From contig OZ024741.1 of NCBI GenBank assembly GCA_964016885.1, forward strand, positions 137,144,001 through 137,208,000: a stretch of 64,000 nucleotides of DNA, given 5' to 3'. Shown piece by piece: positions 42,051 through 59,095 of the stretch. Numbering within the stretch: the first letter of the stretch is position 1; the number at the start of each line of letters is the position of its first letter. A program made the translations under genes and the position numbers. The DNA is from Eledone cirrhosa (Eukaryota). Below the pieces are notes generated by a model that searched no databases, was not told the origin of the DNA, and saw only the letters and a list, made by a program, of their open reading frames with translations.

Positions 42051-43429
42051 CTTCCAGGAGTTTCGACAAAGAGATAATATCACTACTGGAAAGAACAATG
42101 GAAACATAGTCTCCTTGGTCTGTTAAAAGAGACCCTATGGCACAATTTGAGAATTTAAAATTGAAACTTCTTTGCGGTCGCTAAACGCCTTCTCCATTAT
42201 GTCCACCGGGGCTGTGGGAAGGCCAGCACGTGGGACCCCATTTGCTCACCATACAGAGAGATGGGGAAGGCGAGAAAGTTGGAGGCGATGACAGTGGGAG
42301 TTCGGCTCTTCCACGTACGGACCATATCCTTGTGGTTGTGTTTATTGTAGTTGTGTATTACATACTACATTATCTATTGTACATATGGAACCATAAACTG
42401 TGAGGTCTTTAGAAGTTATCTGAAAGATATTTCCTTCTTTTGGTCTTAATATATATGCCATATATGGTTGTACATTTCCGGTTTAGAACAGCTGCCATAT
42501 ATAGGCTGTGTGTTGCCGATTTAGAATAGCTACACCATATCCATGCCTGTCGTATCAATAGACTAATATGTATATATAAGCTGTGAGTATCCAGTTTGAA
42601 ATACGTACATCATATCGTGTGGCGGGAACATAGCTGGAATCCCCAGGGGCGGGACAGAGTCCATATATGGGCAGACAGTCTCTATATAAAAAAAAGTCTT
42701 TAAAGTTCTCTTGTTTTTTTTTTCGGGGAGTGGTCGGTGATCGGGGGTGTGTATAGATTTATTCCAATGTACGTCTTCGTATAGTCAGCTGTTTTAGTTC
42801 TGCTTTATCCCAATAAATGTATTAAAAAAGAATTTGAAAAGCATTTGACCATTATATTTCGCTAGTATTTTATTCACCAAAGGTCATCTATTGAAATGGA
42901 ACCTGCGGGTGAGCACTTTTACAACCCCTTTCTAAAACACTCCTTAAACACCCATTAACTTTACCTCCAGGGAACAAATCTGACCATCTGACCCGGATCC
43001 CTCACCCCCAACACCCCCCAACTCCACTCTCAATCAATCATCTTGCTTTTACTATTTACTGTTTTCTTTCATCTTTTTTTGTATATATATATTGTTTTAT
43101 TCCTTTAAATCTTCATCAACACCGCTTGTTTCCATCCTCATTACCCAACCCCCAGACACACACAAATCTCTTATAAATAGAGTCACTCATCGCACCGCAA
43201 CTTTAGATCAGTTTGACAATCGTCCCCGACGAATGCGAAAAAGTTCTCCAGAAAGTTAACCAAGAATCTTAAAAAACTTCCTACCCAAGTTAACAAAGAA
43301 CTCAGCAGATCTACATAGCAACATTGTAAAATTGAAATATTATAAAATTCAATTGTTTAGAACTACAAATGAAGCCATTCTTTTCCTTTTTCCATATATG
43401 CCTAACTGTACCAAGGATTTCACACATTT

Positions 43430-43524
<95 letters not shown>

Positions 43525-43762
43525 CATTACTCTTTTACATGTTCCAGCCAACAGGCTCAGGCCATGCTGGGGCACCATAACGCCTCGCCCGTCCCTTCAA
43601 TCTTTCTAATTTCTCATTCTTTCTTCTGATGAAAGACTAGCGTCCAAAATGTTAAGACCCACTTCCTGCTATTTCAAGCGTTAACCTAATATATTCCTTC
43701 CATATACTGTACCAAATGTGTGTGTTATTTCTGTTTACCTTTTACACACACACACGCACACA

Positions 43763-43889
<127 letters not shown>

Positions 43890-44274
43890 GAGTATTTTGT
43901 ATATCTAGCGATATACGGTATGTTTATGAATAATCATTTGAAAGCCTATATGCTCTATATGCAAATGAGGCTAATCAGCCCATGTACATAGGTGTCAAAA
44001 TTATGTTTTCGCCTACATTGAGTTCCAGCAGAGAGCACTGTCTTAATAACGACCAGATTCCAAAACGATGATTGTCGTCGAGAGTTACCTACTCTTGCTT
44101 TTGCTGGAATCCGCTAGATGACGCTATGTCATCAGTTTCCAAAATCTATAGCTGAAGGCTTTCAAATGTTTACTCACAAACATACCGTATATCGCTAGAT
44201 ATGCAAAATACCCATACTTATATGTATATAGCAATATTAGTGTGAACACCTTAATTGTGTGTGTGTATATATAT

Positions 44275-44748
44275 ATAAGAATAAGCCACTATACTTAGCT
44301 TTTGTTGACCTAGAGAAGGCCTTTGATAGGGTACCCCGATCTGTCATCTGGTGGTCTCTAAGGAAACTAGGTGTAGAGGAATGGCTTGTGAGGGCAGTAC
44401 AAGCTATGTACAGGGGTGCTGTCACTAAAGTGAAAGTAGGTATGGAGTTTAGTGGGGAATTCCAGATACAAGTAGGTGTACATCAGGGTTCGGTCCTCAG
44501 CCCGCTCTTGTTCATTATAGTCCTCCAAGTCATAACAGAGGAGTTTAAGACTGGATGCCCATGAGAACTTCTCTCTGCTGATGATCTGGTGCTTATAGCA
44601 GAATCAGTAGAGGAGCTAGAGAATAAATTCTGGCTATGGAAACATCAGTTGGAATCAAGAGGACTGAGAGTGAACATAGCTAAGACAAAAGTGTTGATAA
44701 GTAGAAGAGAGGACAATACTCCGATTCCATCAGGGAAATGGCCATGTG
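44275..44748 (+). mobile_element. RTE-type LINE reverse transcriptase fragment
   Basis: LYLAFVDLEKAFDRVPRSVIWWSLRKLGV...GVHQGSVLSPLLFIIV...GCP*ELLSADDLVLIA...GLRVNIAKTK. Confidence 0.88.
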
Positions 44749-45705
44749 AAAATATTTGCCGTGAAAATATTTGCTATTTTTAAAAATACACAGTGACTGA
44801 TCGGCCTGATTTGCATATTAACAGACTGGCTGATCAGTCAGATCTGCATATTAGCAGATCCACTGATCAGCCAGGTTTGCATATCAGCAGACTGGCCTGT
44901 CAGGTTCCTGTATACGAGCGATAAATGGCTGGCTTTGCCAAATCCAAATAAAAAAGAAAATGTTCGCTCTATATAGCTGAATACAATAAATGTAATCTGA
45001 GATTTTCGGATATTAATAACATTCGATTCGTTTGCAATTATGCAAACAAGCCTCAATTTTATAGCCATGTCAGTAGAATGAACCCTTCATTCTTGCTCTT
45101 TTGTTGGCATGTGAACAGAACTGCAGACACTAATGTCTGGGTATCACCCTTCATCAGTACAGCTCACTGTTCACCTGCCAAACTGTCAGAGCTAGTGAAA
45201 ATATTTGCTATTTTCAAAAGTACACAGTGACTTATCCGCCTGATTTGCATATTAGTGTCTGCAGTTCTGTTCAGATGCCAACACAAGAGCAAGAACGAAG
45301 GGTTCATTCTACAAATCGAATGTTATTATTAATATTCGAAAAACTCAGATTACATTTATTATATATATATATATATATATATATAATCACAGCTTCTGTG
45401 TTTCGAATATTATAGCAATAGAAAGACCAATGGAAACATAATTTCCTTGGTCTGATCTGACGTTCGTCTTCTTTCCTTTTTTTCTTGAACGTTTCTGTTT
45501 ACTGGACCATTTTTCATTCAGCTATTTTCCATGTACGAAGCTTATGAAATAACTTTTTCTAAGACGGTCGAAATCAATTTCGTTCCATCTGCTTGCTGGC
45601 GTCTTCTCAAGTGCATCTTAGTGTTTATTGGTGATTAATAACACCAGCATACATAATACAGTGGCGTAGGACGAGACGTACAGATCCTAACAGGAGAAAT
45701 TACTC

Positions 45706-45831
<126 letters not shown>

Positions 45832-45956
45832 TCAATCACATATATAAACATACATTCACATACACAGATATGTAGTCTCGCTTATATATAGCCCCACACG
45901 TATATATATATACATATATACACACACACACACATACATATATATATATACACACA

Positions 45957-46015
<59 letters not shown>

Positions 46016-46082
46016 CGCACGTGTATATATATATATAGTTGGCACGGGTATATATATATATATATATATTTTTTTTTTTCAC

Positions 46083-46130
<48 letters not shown>

Positions 46131-46543
46131 GAATTATAAGAACTATTACCAAAATAATAGAAATGATAGTAACAACAACAACACCAACAACAATAATATA
46201 GTAATACTAATAACAAGAAGAGAAAAATTCTGCAAAGAATGTAGTACAATGAAAGCAAGTCATATGAAGAAAGGAACAACATAAATAAATACATATACTG
46301 AAGCCACCTACACACACACACACACACACAAACAAACACATGTACATAGACATGTGGACACATACACACATATATAGATATAGAGGCACACATATTCACA
46401 TATATACATACACATATACAGACATATACACACATATACACACACATATACACATACACACACATATATAGACATATATACAGACATATACAGACATATA
46501 CTTACATATACACAGATATACATACACATACATATACACACAC

Positions 46544-46574
<31 letters not shown>

Positions 46575-46904
46575 TGTATGTATGTATGTATGTATGTATG
46601 TATGTATATACATATATATACACACATACACCCAGGCACATATATACACATGTGTACACAGATATATATACACATGCACACATATATACATATATACACA
46701 CATATACTCATCTACACACATATACACATATATACACACATATATACTCACACATACACACATACACACAACTGACCACACATTGGTTGGTGTTTCCAAC
46801 TGTTTTTATTTCTTTATTAATGCATTAATGTGTTGCAGCTGTCGTTAATTTCCTGCATTGCATCAAAAGGAGTTCAGTATAGGTGGCAGCACTGTACTTT
46901 GTGT

Positions 46905-47295
46905 TTGCTGCTGATGTTGTTGTTGTTGTTAGCTGTGGTAGTTGTGGTGGTGTTGATAGTGATGATGATGTTGGTGGTGGTGATATTGGTGGTGATGGTA
47001 GTGTTGGTGGTGATGATGGTAGTGATGGTGGTGTTGTTGGTGTTAGTGATGGTGGTGGTGTTGGTGTTGGTGATATTGGTGGTGATGGTAGTGTTGCTGT
47101 TGATGGTGGTAGTGATGGTGGTGGTGGTGATGGGGCTGCTGTTGCTGTTAGTGATGGTGGTGGTGGTGTTGGTGTTGGTGTTGGTGGCGGTGGTGGTGGT
47201 GATTATGTTGGTGGTGGTGTTAATGGTGGTGATGGGATGGTGATGGTAGTAGTGGTATTAATAGTAATGGTGGTTGTGGTCCTGGTGTTGATGGC
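46905..47295. repeat. (GGT/GAT/GTT)n low-complexity trinucleotide tract
   Basis: Continuous imperfect tgg/tga/tgt repeats. Confidence 0.9.
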
Positions 47296-49203
47296 ACACA
47301 GTTTGATGTAAAAAATTACATATACTTGTATCACACTGAAACATTTTCTCATAAAATCCGAACTAAAAGTTAATTACAGAATAAGTACCAGAATTTGACT
47401 GATTGTTTCCTTTTTATTGCCATTTGCCATTAAGACCTTCCATGTTCTCGGTCAGTGGACTGCCATTTTTCTACGTCAAATCCTGAAGAAGACATCCAGA
47501 GAGAGAAAGGAGCCCTGCGAGGTGGAGTGGCTGATGTAACAGGTATCGCTTGCCACTTTCCTCCGAAACAATGCTTTCACCATATTGTCCACGAAGCGCA
47601 GCCAACATGTACGATCCACTCAAGCATGTAGAATTTGTCCCCACCCCATTTATCATTTATCACTCTACACTTTTTTATCATTATTCTTTCATTTTCTCTT
47701 TCCCTTTCTCGGTATGATATAATAAATAAAATCACATACTGTATTTATCCTTTAACTCTTTTGATACCTAACTTTCTGACGCCGCTCCTGGTTCGATGAT
47801 ACTGAACAGTTTCTTTCAAAACGTTTGTACTGAAAAACACCCTATCGTGTTGTTAAAATGTCTCAGGAAAGAATCACTGGACAGATTTTACGGGCAAAAC
47901 CAACCGCTAGGAGACCCATGGTTAGACTCCAAGCAAGATTGTTGGATAAATCAATGAGCTTAGCTGGTCTCACTTGGGGATCCAACCAGATTAATTGGAG
48001 ACGGTTTTTTTTACAGGAACCACGGGAAGGCGTGTTTGAAGATTTTGCCTCAATGGACTACCCATGAATAAGCGGGCGAAGAGGAAGAGTCTTTGTTGTG
48101 TTCCAAACACCAGCTAAATAGCATTACAAAACCCCTCAAAATGCTTTGTTATAGGCAGCGCTTCATTGTAAATATAGTAAGGAAAGGGTTAGGATGTTTA
48201 TGTTTATCCACAAATCTTCCATCATAATTTTATATTCTGAACACTAGCTTAATAAAGAGAAAGTTAGGTATGTTTTCAAATCACCCTAAATTCTTCAGTA
48301 TTTTCAAAATTATCTGGAAATTATGAGCAGTGTCTTTCATTAGAAATATGATACAGACAGAAAGGGTTAAATTATTTACATTTATCTAAAATCCTTCCAT
48401 CATAATCATATGTAAGAACGTTTAAGCTATGCTCCAAATACCAGCTTAACAATGAGAAAGTTTGTTAAATTACTTAATCAGTCCAAGTTCTTGATTATTT
48501 TCAAACCAATTTGATAATTATTTGCAACCATTAGTTAGAAATAAAGAGTTAATTTTATCCAAAAAAGCTTCCGTCACAATTTTATCAGGCTAATAACGAG
48601 AAAAGTAGTTATAGTGTTAAATAACTTTAAATTCTTTATTATTTTCAAAATCATTTGACAATTATAAGCTGTTTTCATGAGAAATATTATAAGGAAAGGG
48701 TTAATTCCTACGAATTCCAATAAATTTCCTCTTTTTCACCATTTGGCCTCATTAATCATCAAAAATACTGAATGTGATTTCTTTGGCTTTAAATGCAATA
48801 TCGAAGAAAGGAAATCGATTAAGAAGTTATTTCTTACTCCTGTCAACCTCTCCGATGTTTTTCACAAATGATTGATGTCTATTATATAACAGAATGTATA
48901 AACACAGAACATGGCGGCAATTCTTCATAGACCGCCATTTTAGTTATTACACAAGAGAATATAATCGTCCATCTTGTAAATAAAACACTATGGTTGATTG
49001 AAGGGAAAATACCCTAGAGGGGCGTTCTGACATACATACATACATTATATATACATACAAATAAGATACATACATACATCAATACATACATATAGCTGTG
49101 TACGTACGTATTGTCATACGTACATGAATGCATATATACACACTTACGTATGTACGCGCGTACTGATATGCATGCATTCAAAGATATATATCTATATATC
49201 TAT

Positions 49204-49290
<87 letters not shown>

Positions 49291-50132
49291 GAACAGATTA
49301 AAGTTTAAGCAAAGAATCGCTGATTTAATCTTTATCGAGTCCTCTTCGGATTTTAGTCTTCACATTTATTATTACTATATATATATATGTTTATTATTAA
49401 TGGTCACGGAAGGAGTAATCAATACCATAGAAGAGTGTAATAATTAAAATTATTAGTTCATACAAAATAAATTACTATGATTTGTTTTGTATGAGCTAAT
49501 TTCTTATCGATGTGTACTGCAGATGTACATGCATATACATAAGCAATCTTTAGGCGCATCTTCAACTCTTTATTATTATTTTTTCCTATCTATATAAGAC
49601 GACGGATTGGCTACAGATTGATTGCCTTACCTCGTAACTTCACTATGAAATATATTTGTTTCGTATGTCATAAAGAATCTCTCTAATAATGATTGTAGTG
49701 GAGCGTTTGGCACGTTCCCACAATAACAGAGCACACATGTAGGATAAGAAAGAACAGAGTAAATGTTCTCTGCAAACAGTGTTTCTTTCTCTTTATATAT
49801 ATATAGTTAGGGAAGCAGAAAATTGCTTTTTGTGATCTAGTTCGTGGTTAAGAAAGCCAGTTTCATGGATGGTTTCAACGTACGGTTAGGGGTAACTTCA
49901 CAAGTTTATAATAATTCCGTTCAATCTTGGAGTATAAAGTATAAAAGAGAAAACACCGGTAAGCATTAAGAGAAGGATTTTATCCAGGTATTTACGACAA
50001 AAATCCTTCTCTTAATGCTTACCTGTGTTTTCTCTTTTATATATATATATATAATGTAGGTTTCTATTTCCGAACTTCCAGTTTGTACATAAACAACTAT
50101 TTGTTTACAGTTTTAGAAGTGTTGGTGGATGC

Positions 50133-50199
<67 letters not shown>

Positions 50200-50634
50200 A
50201 AGATGGAGTGAGAATAAGAATATCTACCGCCCAAAGCGTTCAATAACTGGATAAGTTATTGGGAAAACGGAGGAGGGAAGGAAGGAAAATAGAAGGCAAA
50301 AGGGAAGAAAAGAGAAAACAGCGAAAAAACAACAACAAACCGAGCAATGTGCGAGCAACTTAAGGTAAGAAAATCCAAGACCACAGCGATAAGAGAACTG
50401 AAGTTCAAGAGAGTGTGGGCTAGCGAAAAGACACGTCTGACCCCAGCGAGTTTTTCCAATAACTTACCCAGTTATTGAACGCTCTGGGCGGTAGATATCT
50501 TGTCTTTAAAGCGTGAAAATATCCAAATTATAGGCTAATTTACTTAGTCAATAATACAACAGTGGCACTATTTTCACTATCTAATATATATATATATATA
50601 TATAAGGAAAAGAAATCGAAAATGCAACTTTTCT

Positions 50635-50692
<58 letters not shown>

Positions 50693-50949
50693 GTACTGTC
50701 TAATACGTAAACATCTCAATGAAAGGATAAGATATATTTATAAATGATCAACTCAGAGAAATAATATATTAATATATCTTATCCTTTGATTGAAATGTTT
50801 ACGTATTAGAGATTTTTAACTTTATAAATTAATACTAACTGCTCCATCATTGTTAGACGGCTTTGGCTGCTATTTCCAGCGTCATTATAAACCCATCGTA
50901 TTGACCTAATACATCGAGATGGATATATTCATATATTAATTCAGCGATG

Positions 50950-51740
50950 CAACACATTATTGACCATACGGTCTGGCAACGACATGGTATGTATGATATT
51001 TATTCAACATGTCCCCTAAATAAGAATTTGTAACAGAAGTAAAGGCTCAGGTTTAGTAGAAGTGTTGCACCAATATCACCTGGTCATTTAAGATGAATGT
51101 CACATAGAGGAGCAATGGAAGCTCTTGATGAGACCTTAAAGGACATAAGAGACAATACATCTGTGAAATATAACATGCATTACGCATTTGCAGCTATGGA
51201 ATAAAGTAAAGAAATTTTGCTTCAATACTAACATGAGAGATTTATTACACTGGGACCAATGTACCTGAACAGTTCTCAACCCGACACCTTCAATTAGGAA
51301 ATGTGGCAGTACCGATTGATGGGTATGGTTATATCAACTTGGCTCATATTGCTATCATGGTGGATTCACCAGCTGAATTGAAGAACAGAGTATTTCCAGA
51401 CTTAAGTAATCATTATAATTCACACAAATGGTTATGTGAAAGGGAAATTCTAGCTAAGAAAATGAGACAGTAGAAAGGATTAACCACGAGCTAGTGAATA
51501 ATATTCCAACGGACATGCCATTTGAAATACAATTCCTAGTGCGACTTTGCCTCGCAATGTCTATCAATAAAGCTGGAGGTCAAACTTTGGAATCTACTGG
51601 CTTGCACTTAAATTAGCCTTTATTTTCTCATGGTCAACTTTACGTTTGTTGCTTCAGGTGGGTAGTTTACAAGACTTATTTGCCTATGTTTCAAACCAGA
51701 AAACAAAGAATGTTGTTTACCCAGAAGCTCTTAAGTAATT
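50950..51740 (+). mobile_element. Decayed Helitron PIF1-type helicase fragment
   Basis: EALDETLKDIRDN at about 51119, and IPTDMPFE..QFLVRLCLAMSINKAGGQTL..GL.L..PLFSHGQLYV...RVG...TKNVVYPE at 51503-51730. These are conserved Helitron RepHel C-terminal motifs. Confidence 0.85.
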
Positions 51741-52104
51741 TCCTTCAATACATATGATAGAATTTGTCTCCCCTCATACAGAGATAAACTTTGTATTTTC
51801 ATTTTATATTTATTTCTGTATTATGAATTCAGAATTGATTTCATCATTGTATCTCCATGGAAGAATAAATGGAATTTAGAATAACAAATTTCTATACAAC
51901 ATGTTTTGCTTTCTTCTAATATATAAGGAACACTTTCATGCCCCGCGCTTGGCCCTTTATCTATTTGTCTGTGTGTCTGTCTGTCGTACATGACGCAAAG
52001 AGCTATGTTGTGGTAACCTGTCTTGCTAGAAATTACATCATCATCATCATCAGGTCGAGCTTGCTCGGCTTTCTACGACACGTTTCCTCCATCCATCTCT
52101 GTCT

Positions 52105-52260
52105 CAGCAAGGAAGAAATAGCAGGTGATGTATTGTTATGGAGTCCATCTCATGGAGCAAGAAACGCTGGTCGTCCCAAGAAGACATACGTCAAGCAACT
52201 TGAGGACGATACTGGATGCACTGCGGAAGAACTGGCAAACGCTATGAGAGACAGAGACAT
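52105..52260 (+). mobile_element. RTE/RTE-X 3'-terminal fragment
   Basis: DVLLWSPSHGARNAGRPKKTYVKQLEDDTG...AMRDRD, paralogous to the end of the 17864-18676 ORF. Confidence 0.75.
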
Positions 52261-52487
52261 TACAGCGAAATAAAACCTTAGCTTTTACCACGCGCGCGCA
52301 CACACACACACACAGGTTGAGTTGTATCTATCTATGTATTCCTCTTTCTGTATCTATGTATTCCTATCTATCTATTTATCTATCTATCAACATTGTGGTA
52401 ACTAGTTTCGCAAGAAATGACAGTGAAATAAAACACTAGCTTCTAGAACACACACACATACATTGATTGGTATCTATCTATGTATTA

Positions 52488-52666
<179 letters not shown>

Positions 52667-53748
52667 GCCACCCACAGAAAGCATTCTCCAGAGGAGATGA
52701 ATTGGATTTGTCTAGTATGTATATAATCCTCAAATATAGATTTATTACAATTTAGTGAAGAAACCAAATATTACTTGTTACATCCGTAAAACAAAGGGCT
52801 TTGTTCTAGCCCATATATAAAGCTATCTGTTTTTATGACATGAAAATGGTAAAAGCAATAAGCTTAAAATCAGGCAGAACATTGTTAACTTAAGTGAATC
52901 CCTTTATTAGCCTATCATCCGATAACGGCAATTTTCATGTAAGCGATTCTGACAAAATCGTCACCAAATACAGTTGTTGTAATCATATATGTATATAATC
53001 GCTTGAATTCGAACAGAACAAACTAGAAGCAGTGAGGAACAGAAAGAGAAAATTCAATGAGAAAACAAAAAAAAAAGGCAAAATGGGAGGTAAGTTGATT
53101 AGTATGCTGCGAGGATAGAAGAATGTTTCCTTTCAAAGAATACCTCACTTTTTATGCTAGTTTGCTCTAATGGCGTAATGCGTTCTTTTCTTTCAATCAG
53201 AAATTATTCGTGTCAATAATAGGAAAAGCAAAATAGAATCCGTAATATGTCATCCATTGAAGAGTAAAAATATTAGTTATAACGAAAAGACCTACCCCAA
53301 TGGGAAAAAATATAACCAATTCATGTTCCTTCATTTAAAAAAAAAATATTTTTTTTGTTTTGTTTTTCGTTTTGTATTGAAATCAAATGAATTTTAGTCG
53401 CCATATTTCTGTATAGAGTGTAAATATTCATTACGTTACTAACCATAAACTTTACTTTCTCAACTATTGTTAGTTGATTGTGAATTCTGTGAAGATCACA
53501 CACGAGTGCATTATTGTATTCATTTTGTGACATGCCCTAAAAGAAAACTCCTCCAATGGGAGCAAACGTTAGCAAAGCAAAATTACTAGAGTTGAATGAT
53601 GGATATTTTTTGTGTGTCGAATATCGAAATCTTTGTATTTTTATATAAAGAGAGAAAACAGAAACAAACAAAGTAGTACGTTTGTGAATAAAGAAAACAA
53701 CCTTAAATCAATATCAATACTGAAGGCTATATATAAGACGCCATGATT

Positions 53749-54070
53749 CACCAGCACCAACACTAGCGTCACCACGAACATCACCAACAACACAAACACT
53801 AGCGTCATCACCAACAACACAAACACTAGCGCCACCACCAACATCACCAACAACACAAACACTAGCATCACCACCAACATCACCAACATCACCAACAACA
53901 CAAACACTAGCATCACCACCAACATCACCAACATCACCAACAACACAAACACTAGCGTCACCACCAACATCACCACCAACACAAACACTGCGTCACCACC
54001 AATATCACTATTAGCACCAACACCAACACTAGAATCAAAACCAACACCAACACCAACACCAACACTAGCC
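53749..54070. repeat. ~36-bp minisatellite (caccaccaacatcaccaacaacacaaacactagcgt) with length variants
   Basis: Unit repeated about 6-7 times, decaying into (accaac)n. Confidence 0.85.
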
Positions 54071-55254
54071 TCACAGCCAACATCACAGATTATACATTCT
54101 ATTAAACCCCATGACACAGAAGCAAAGTACTAGAAGGTTTAGGTATCTATCCATGTATCTATTTGTCTACATAACTACCTGTCCCTCTGTTCGTCTGATT
54201 GTCTACTGTTTGTTAAATATTTTAAGTCAATCAGAAAGTATTGACCATCGTACGAAGTTGAAATTCAAACACCAAAAGAAGCACTAGAAACATCAGAAAC
54301 ATTAGAAACATTCGAATCATTAGGTTTCTCAACAATTACCATTACAATCGAAATATAAAGACTTATCTGCGTCATATCTTATTACAGATTCACTAATATT
54401 TGAGTCTATAATCTATATATCCCCCTACTCTCACCGATAATACTGCTTCACTTGAAAATGTTTTCTTTACCGATTTTCGTTACATTTTCTCTCAAAGTAA
54501 CTATTGGCTGTATAACAAAAAAACAATCGCTTCTAATTTAGGTATAAAGCCAGCAATTTGGAGCTTGTTAGTATTTAGTAGCGGTAGTTAGTATAGTAGT
54601 TATTAGTGAGTTGTAAGTAGTGGTAGTTAGTAGTCAGAAGAGTTAGAGTATTTAGTAGTAAGAGAAACCTGAAAAAGTTAATCAGGGCTTCGCCGAAGAC
54701 GTAAGTGTTTGTCTTCAACCCTTTCAAACGCGTCCACCACTCGATCTCTTTCATAATGGCCACCAGGCAGATAAAAACCGCCTGATCTTCTTGCCCAAAT
54801 GAAGGACGTGGAACGATCATCACAATGGGCTCAGATGATAGCAGGATCCGTCATACACGTGACATCAGGTGTTCGACATAAACCCACATATCAGCAACAC
54901 TTGGACACTGGACGAGTGCATGCAGCACGGTTTCGTCGCTCTGCATGCATCCCAGATATGCCCAACTGGAGGCACTTCCATGCCTGTAAAGTGTATCTCA
55001 AAATGGCAGTGGTCCTCGGTAGCACTGCTAAACAAAGGCTTTTTGAAAGTTATCTATGGGCTCTGGACCGAAAGTCCTCGGAAAAGAAGGGCTAGTTGAT
55101 TTTCATCGACGATCCGAAACTTCGGAAAAAGTCGTCGCTTTTACTCGTCACTAACATTCTATAGAATGCCAAGGTGGAGTCTCCATCGATTAAACTGTCC
55201 GATTAGCAGAAGGCTGTGAGCGCTTGAAGACATTCCAGTTTCAAAGCGCTCCTA

Positions 55255-55760
55255 CTCGGTCTTCGCCTTCATTCTGAGAAATGGTATGAGCATAAGCCAG
55301 AATCGGTGATAGAAAACGATCAGATGAAGGTGCTGTAGGATTTCAGGATAAAAACGGACAAAAAACACATTAGGCCTGACCTGCTGGTTTTTGACAAGGA
55401 AAAAAGATCTTGCTTGATTATAGATGTAACTTGTCCCTTTGACACAAGCGTGCAAGAAAAGGAGGAGAAAACTAACCGGTATCAGGATTTAAAGTAGTAA
55501 CTAAAAAGGATTTGGGACTGTAATGAGATCAAGATTTCCCCATCATCATAGCAGAACTGGGTACTATCTCGAAGAGCTTCCAATGGTGGTTAAAGAAAAG
55601 TCCAGAAGGCATGTCTACTGGGAACAACAAGGACCCCCCGATTAGTTCTGAAAATCTGAGGTTGCAGGTTGCTGTTCATTAGGGCAAATTTTCCGGTTAA
55701 ATAGCAACAATAACTGAGATATCAAAGTAATAATAATAAATAATAATAATAATAATAATC
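55255..55760 (+). mobile_element. Decayed R4/Dong-type LINE 3' fragment (restriction-like endonuclease) with (TAA)n tail
   Basis: LPSHSEKWYEHKPESVIENDQMKVL*DFRIKTDK..RPDLLVFDKEKRSCLIIDVTCPFD, highly similar to 62966-63442; ends in (taa)n. Confidence 0.88.
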
Positions 55761-56100
55761 TAGATGCTATATAACATCACGACTATAGTTAAATTATATG
55801 ACAGTCTGTGTAATTTTCTGAAAAATAAATAAATAAAAAAAAAAGAATACGCCTGGTGACCTAATCATGTTTTTAACGATTTATTGATTTAGAAAGAGTG
55901 TCAGGTGATAGAGTGAACACATTACAGATCGATGGTTTGATGATTCTTGGTCTATTCATCATTGTCTCTGCATCTGTGACATGTCTCTTAGGAAATGAAA
56001 ACTATATCTTTCCTAATGTCCTGCTCTAACTACAGCTTAGGATGATAGATTTAATCCCTTTGAAACCTGCCCTGCTGCAATGACACAACGGTGTCTATCT

Positions 56101-56203
<103 letters not shown>

Positions 56204-56359
56204 GTATATATATATATATATAGTAATAATAATAATAATAATAATAATAGTAATAATAATAAATTTGAAGACTAAAATCCAAAGAGTGCTCGATAAGGAT
56301 AAATAATATATCAAATATATAAGAACCGTAGAGCAAGTATTTGTTAAATTAACAGATTA

Positions 56360-56451
56360 AAGTTTAAGCAAAGAATCGCTGCTTTCATCCTTAGCGGGCT
56401 CTTCAGAAGATCCCGTTAAGGGTGAAAGCACCGATTCTCTGCTTAAACTTT
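56360..56451. mobile_element. Short fold-back centred on a hammerhead-like core
   Basis: 56360-56398 pairs with 56412-56451. The minus strand reads CTGAAGA-gcccgctaaggat-GAAA. Confidence 0.6.
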
Positions 56452-56463
56452 CATATGTTATTT

Positions 56464-58619
<2,156 letters not shown>

Positions 58620-58789
58620 GAAGTTTGAAAGCCACGAAAATGCGAAATGGACGAATAAAGAATGAAACAAGATATTATGTGTTTTACTTTAATTAGTTTA
58701 CATGTCCTGATATTTCGAGATTAAAATCTCTTCTTCCTAGGAAAATAAAAGGGACTAATCCAGTGTGTTCGATGGAACGCGCTATACCA

Positions 58790-59095
58790 TGTTGACAGAA
58801 ATCTTTTTTACCCTCTTTTGTTGGCTACGTTGAGGTTTTGATCTTCACCAAATACTCTGATCCGACCCCTGAGCTATACGTTCGTTACATCGACGATTGT
58901 ATCAGCGCCACCTCTCTCTCCTGCGAACAACTCGACTCCTTTCTTTATTTTATCCAGCCTCTTCATTCTGCCTCATCTTCACTACCTCTATCTCCAACTC
59001 TTCAGTCCAATTTCTTGACATCTCTCTGTCTATCGACCACAATCACCCCACACTCTCTACCTCGGTCTTCTATAAGCTCACTGATTCCCACTAGC
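58790..59095 (+). mobile_element. Penelope-like RT fragment
   Basis: FVGYVE..IF...PELYVRYIDDCI...VQFLDISLSI...TSVFYKLTDSH across a frameshift. Confidence 0.8.

Noticed and set aside
43222-43262. Hammerhead-like CCGACGA...GAAA-GTTAAC motif (similar weak motifs near 17225-17270, 26640-26680 and 58705-58742)
   Set aside because: Core and stems are too degenerate to call; possibly decayed copies.
46830-47311. Val-rich and Gly-rich ORFs resembling membrane or structural proteins
   Set aside because: Trinucleotide low-complexity tract with no splice or domain evidence.
53641-54117. 158-aa hydrophobic repeat ORF on the gene strand
   Set aside because: It is a product of a minisatellite whose unit lengths are multiples of 3, with no similarity to Cys-loop receptor segments.
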